This document shows positions 30,331 to 32,000 of a DNA stretch of 32,000 nucleotides, in pieces. Position 1 is the stretch's first letter, and each line of letters begins with the position of its first letter. Source of the DNA: Erysipelothrix inopinata (lineage in GTDB: Bacteria; Bacillota_I; Bacilli_A; Erysipelotrichales; Erysipelotrichaceae); assembly GCF_014396165.1 (NCBI RefSeq), contig NZ_CP060715.1:1860001-1892000 (forward strand), written 5' to 3'. Below the pieces are notes generated by a model, which saw only the letters and a list, made by a program, of their open reading frames with translations, did no database searches and was not told where the DNA came from. The translations under genes were made by a program, and so were the position numbers.

Positions 30331-30666
30331 ATGATTAAAAAATACTTATTCTGCCTTTCCGTTTATCTTCTAGTGTTTTTAGGCCTTGCTTCTTTCATTC
30401 TAAACAAAGTAGAGAGTGGTTTTGGGGTCATCATCATGAGTCTCATTATCTCTAATAGTTTAGCTGTGTTAATTGTAAGTATGTTTATGTCTTATCGATA
30501 TGGATTTGATTATATCCACACCATTCTTATGTCCTTGATTTATTTAATCTCAGTCTATGTTGTCTTTAATGAATCTGCTTTGTTTTACCTCCCCTTCTAC
30601 CTCCTCATTGACTTCGTTGGCTTCGGGATAGGACGACTCATAAGAAACACACGTCAACCATCATAA
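30331..30666 (+). CDS. Small polytopic membrane protein (111 aa, 4 TM), unknown function
   Basis: AAGGAGG SD 7 nt upstream. Hydrophobic throughout. Confidence 0.5.
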   Translation: MIKKYLFCLSVYLLVFLGLASFILNKVESGFGVIIMSLIISNSLAVLIVSMFMSYRYGFDYIHTILMSLIYLISVYVVFNESALFYLPFYLLIDFVGFGIGRLIRNTRQPS

Positions 30667-30708
30667 AAAACTGTAAAGTGAGGAAAATTTCCTTATTTAC
30701 AGTTTTTT
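30665..30708. terminator. Bidirectional rho-independent terminator
   Basis: Stem CTGTAAA/TTTACAG (30671-30677 / 30696-30702) with an inner AGGAAA/TTTCCT stem, A-run 5' and T-run 3'. Lies between convergent genes. Confidence 0.7.
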
Positions 30709-30711
30709 TGT

Positions 30712-31254
30712 TTAAAAATCGTATTTTAGCGCATTTTCATTTTCAATACTTATAACGCGTTGCTCCAAATCTCGTGCAAGTGTTTTTAATCTAAAGTGAA
30801 CATCATCTTCTACGATTGTATCTTTGTAGAAGTCTCTCCCCTCAAGAAAGACGTACTTCTCAATCGTAGATGCTTTCATATAATTCAAGATTGGTTTCAA
30901 TTGATATTCAGCTACTAAATAATGACGTGGAGACCCCGCGGTTACAACCATACCAATCGGTTTGTCCTTAATCGAATCAATGGGGAGCAAATCAAAGATA
31001 TTCTTCAGCGCTCCGGGAATCGATGATTGATATACCGGAGTTCCCACAACAATACCATCTGCTTCAAATATCATTTCTATAATTCTCTTGGTATCACCTT
31101 CATAGTCTCGAAAATCACGACCATCAGCAAAATCTAAAGTTAGCTCACTCAAATCCACAATCTGATACTCAACAGAATCTGAGAATGCGATATTATTCAG
31201 TGCTATCTTTGTCTTTGATCCAAATACTGATCCAACAATTCCGAGTATTTTCAT
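30712..31254 (-). CDS. NAD(P)H-dependent FMN reductase
   Basis: Flavodoxin-like MKILGIVGS..GSKT... and TPVYQSSIPGALKN motifs. AGGAGG SD inside the upstream gene end. The start directly follows the upstream TAA. Confidence 0.8.
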   Translation of the reverse strand: MKILGIVGSVFGSKTKIALNNIAFSDSVEYQIVDLSELTLDFADGRDFRDYEGDTKRIIEMIFEADGIVVGTPVYQSSIPGALKNIFDLLPIDSIKDKPIGMVVTAGSPRHYLVAEYQLKPILNYMKASTIEKYVFLEGRDFYKDTIVEDDVHFRLKTLARDLEQRVISIENENALKYDF

Positions 31255-32000
31255 TTATACTTCCTCCTTTTCTTGACGTATTCTTATTTCTTCACGTACT
31301 CGAGGAGCTATCACTTTACCAATGACTTCAATGTTATATTTCACTTGTTCCCATGGCATACCACCCAAATCAAGTTGAAGCATAATACGATCATTTTTAT
31401 AGATATCATATTGGTACAAGATTTTTTCAATGATTGTTTCAGGTTCTCCGACAAGAATCACATTACGAACATCGAGAGCATCAACGTAAGCCTCACGATT
31501 AAAGCCACGTCCATTTGCATTTTTAAAGGTATGATCAATATATTTGTAAAAGTTTTTAAATGCTTCCTGGTCAGTAGGCGCAGTATGAAAGAGGTTCGTA
31601 ACCCCTACTTTCATGGCATCTGTATAGGAGTGATGAAGTCGGAAGTTTTCTCGATAAGTTTTTACAGAATGATTAAACAAGGTTGCAGGACCCGCAAGCG
31701 TTGCAAGCATCATAGGAACACCTTGTCTACCAGCAAGTACTGCGCTGTAAGGAGGACCCCCTACTGCTCTCCAAATTGGAAGTGACCCTTGATGAGGCTT
31801 TGGATATAATACCGCTTCATTTAACGGTGCTCGAAAGTGGCCACGCCAAGATATAGGTTGTTTTTTATTCAATTCGAGGAGTAGTTCGAATTTTTCTTCA
31901 AACAATGCCTCATAGTCTCTAACGTTATAACCTAAGAGCTCAAAGAGACCTATTCTTGACGCTCTTCCGCCAACAATTTCTGCACGTCCATTCGACATCA
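31255..32000 (-). CDS. LLM-class (luciferase-like) flavin-dependent oxidoreductase, 5' end outside the window
   Basis: The frame is open to the window edge. The visible 247 aa look like the C-terminal two thirds of an LLM TIM-barrel. It is paired with the FMN reductase gene. Confidence 0.75.
   Translation of the reverse strand, partial: MSNGRAEIVGGRASRIGLFELLGYNVRDYEALFEEKFELLLELNKKQPISWRGHFRAPLNEAVLYPKPHQGSLPIWRAVGGPPYSAVLAGRQGVPMMLATLAGPATLFNHSVKTYRENFRLHHSYTDAMKVGVTNLFHTAPTDQEAFKNFYKYIDHTFKNANGRGFNREAYVDALDVRNVILVGEPETIIEKILYQYDIYKNDRIMLQLDLGGMPWEQVKYNIEVIGKVIAPRVREEIRIRQEKEEV

Noticed and set aside
31273-31785. 170-aa plus-strand ORF antisense to the LLM oxidoreductase gene
   Set aside because: A shadow ORF inside a recognisable LLM coding frame, with no SD and no recognisable domain.

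Overview
Dense chromosomal segment (about 30 CDS, mostly on the minus strand) from a low-GC Gram-positive bacterium (Bacillota). The species cannot be determined from the sequence alone. I found no rRNA, tRNA, CRISPR array, transposase or integrase. The core is a heat-shock cluster, hrcA-grpE-dnaK-dnaJ-clpB, with two CIRCE operators. Other housekeeping genes are ppdK, rsmD, an FtsW/RodA-family gene, def, RNase J and a YkuE-like phosphoesterase. The accessory content includes: (1) an HdeD-like / choloylglycine hydrolase / orphan PTS-EIIC block; (2) an uncharacterised transporter followed by a signal-peptide-less gamma-glutamyltransferase; (3) a CbrC-family protein with an N-terminal extension; (4) LicD followed by a P-type ATPase whose TM4 motif reads PKGL instead of PEGL; (5) a PadR module; and (6) an LLM monooxygenase / FMN reductase pair cut by the window edge. 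The most interesting locus is a small-membrane-protein islet at 13193-14527, between the hrcA operon and the GGT operon. It holds DUF2752, a TM2-domain protein, a 114-aa peptide with a textbook double-glycine leader and a cationic glycine-rich 91-aa mature region, and a 49-aa two-TM ORF that is absent from the supplied ORF track. I read the last two as a candidate undescribed large class II bacteriocin-like peptide plus immunity pair. All family assignments rest on motif recognition by eye, since no searches could be run. Several track ORF starts were trimmed to the ATG that has a Shine-Dalgarno sequence.
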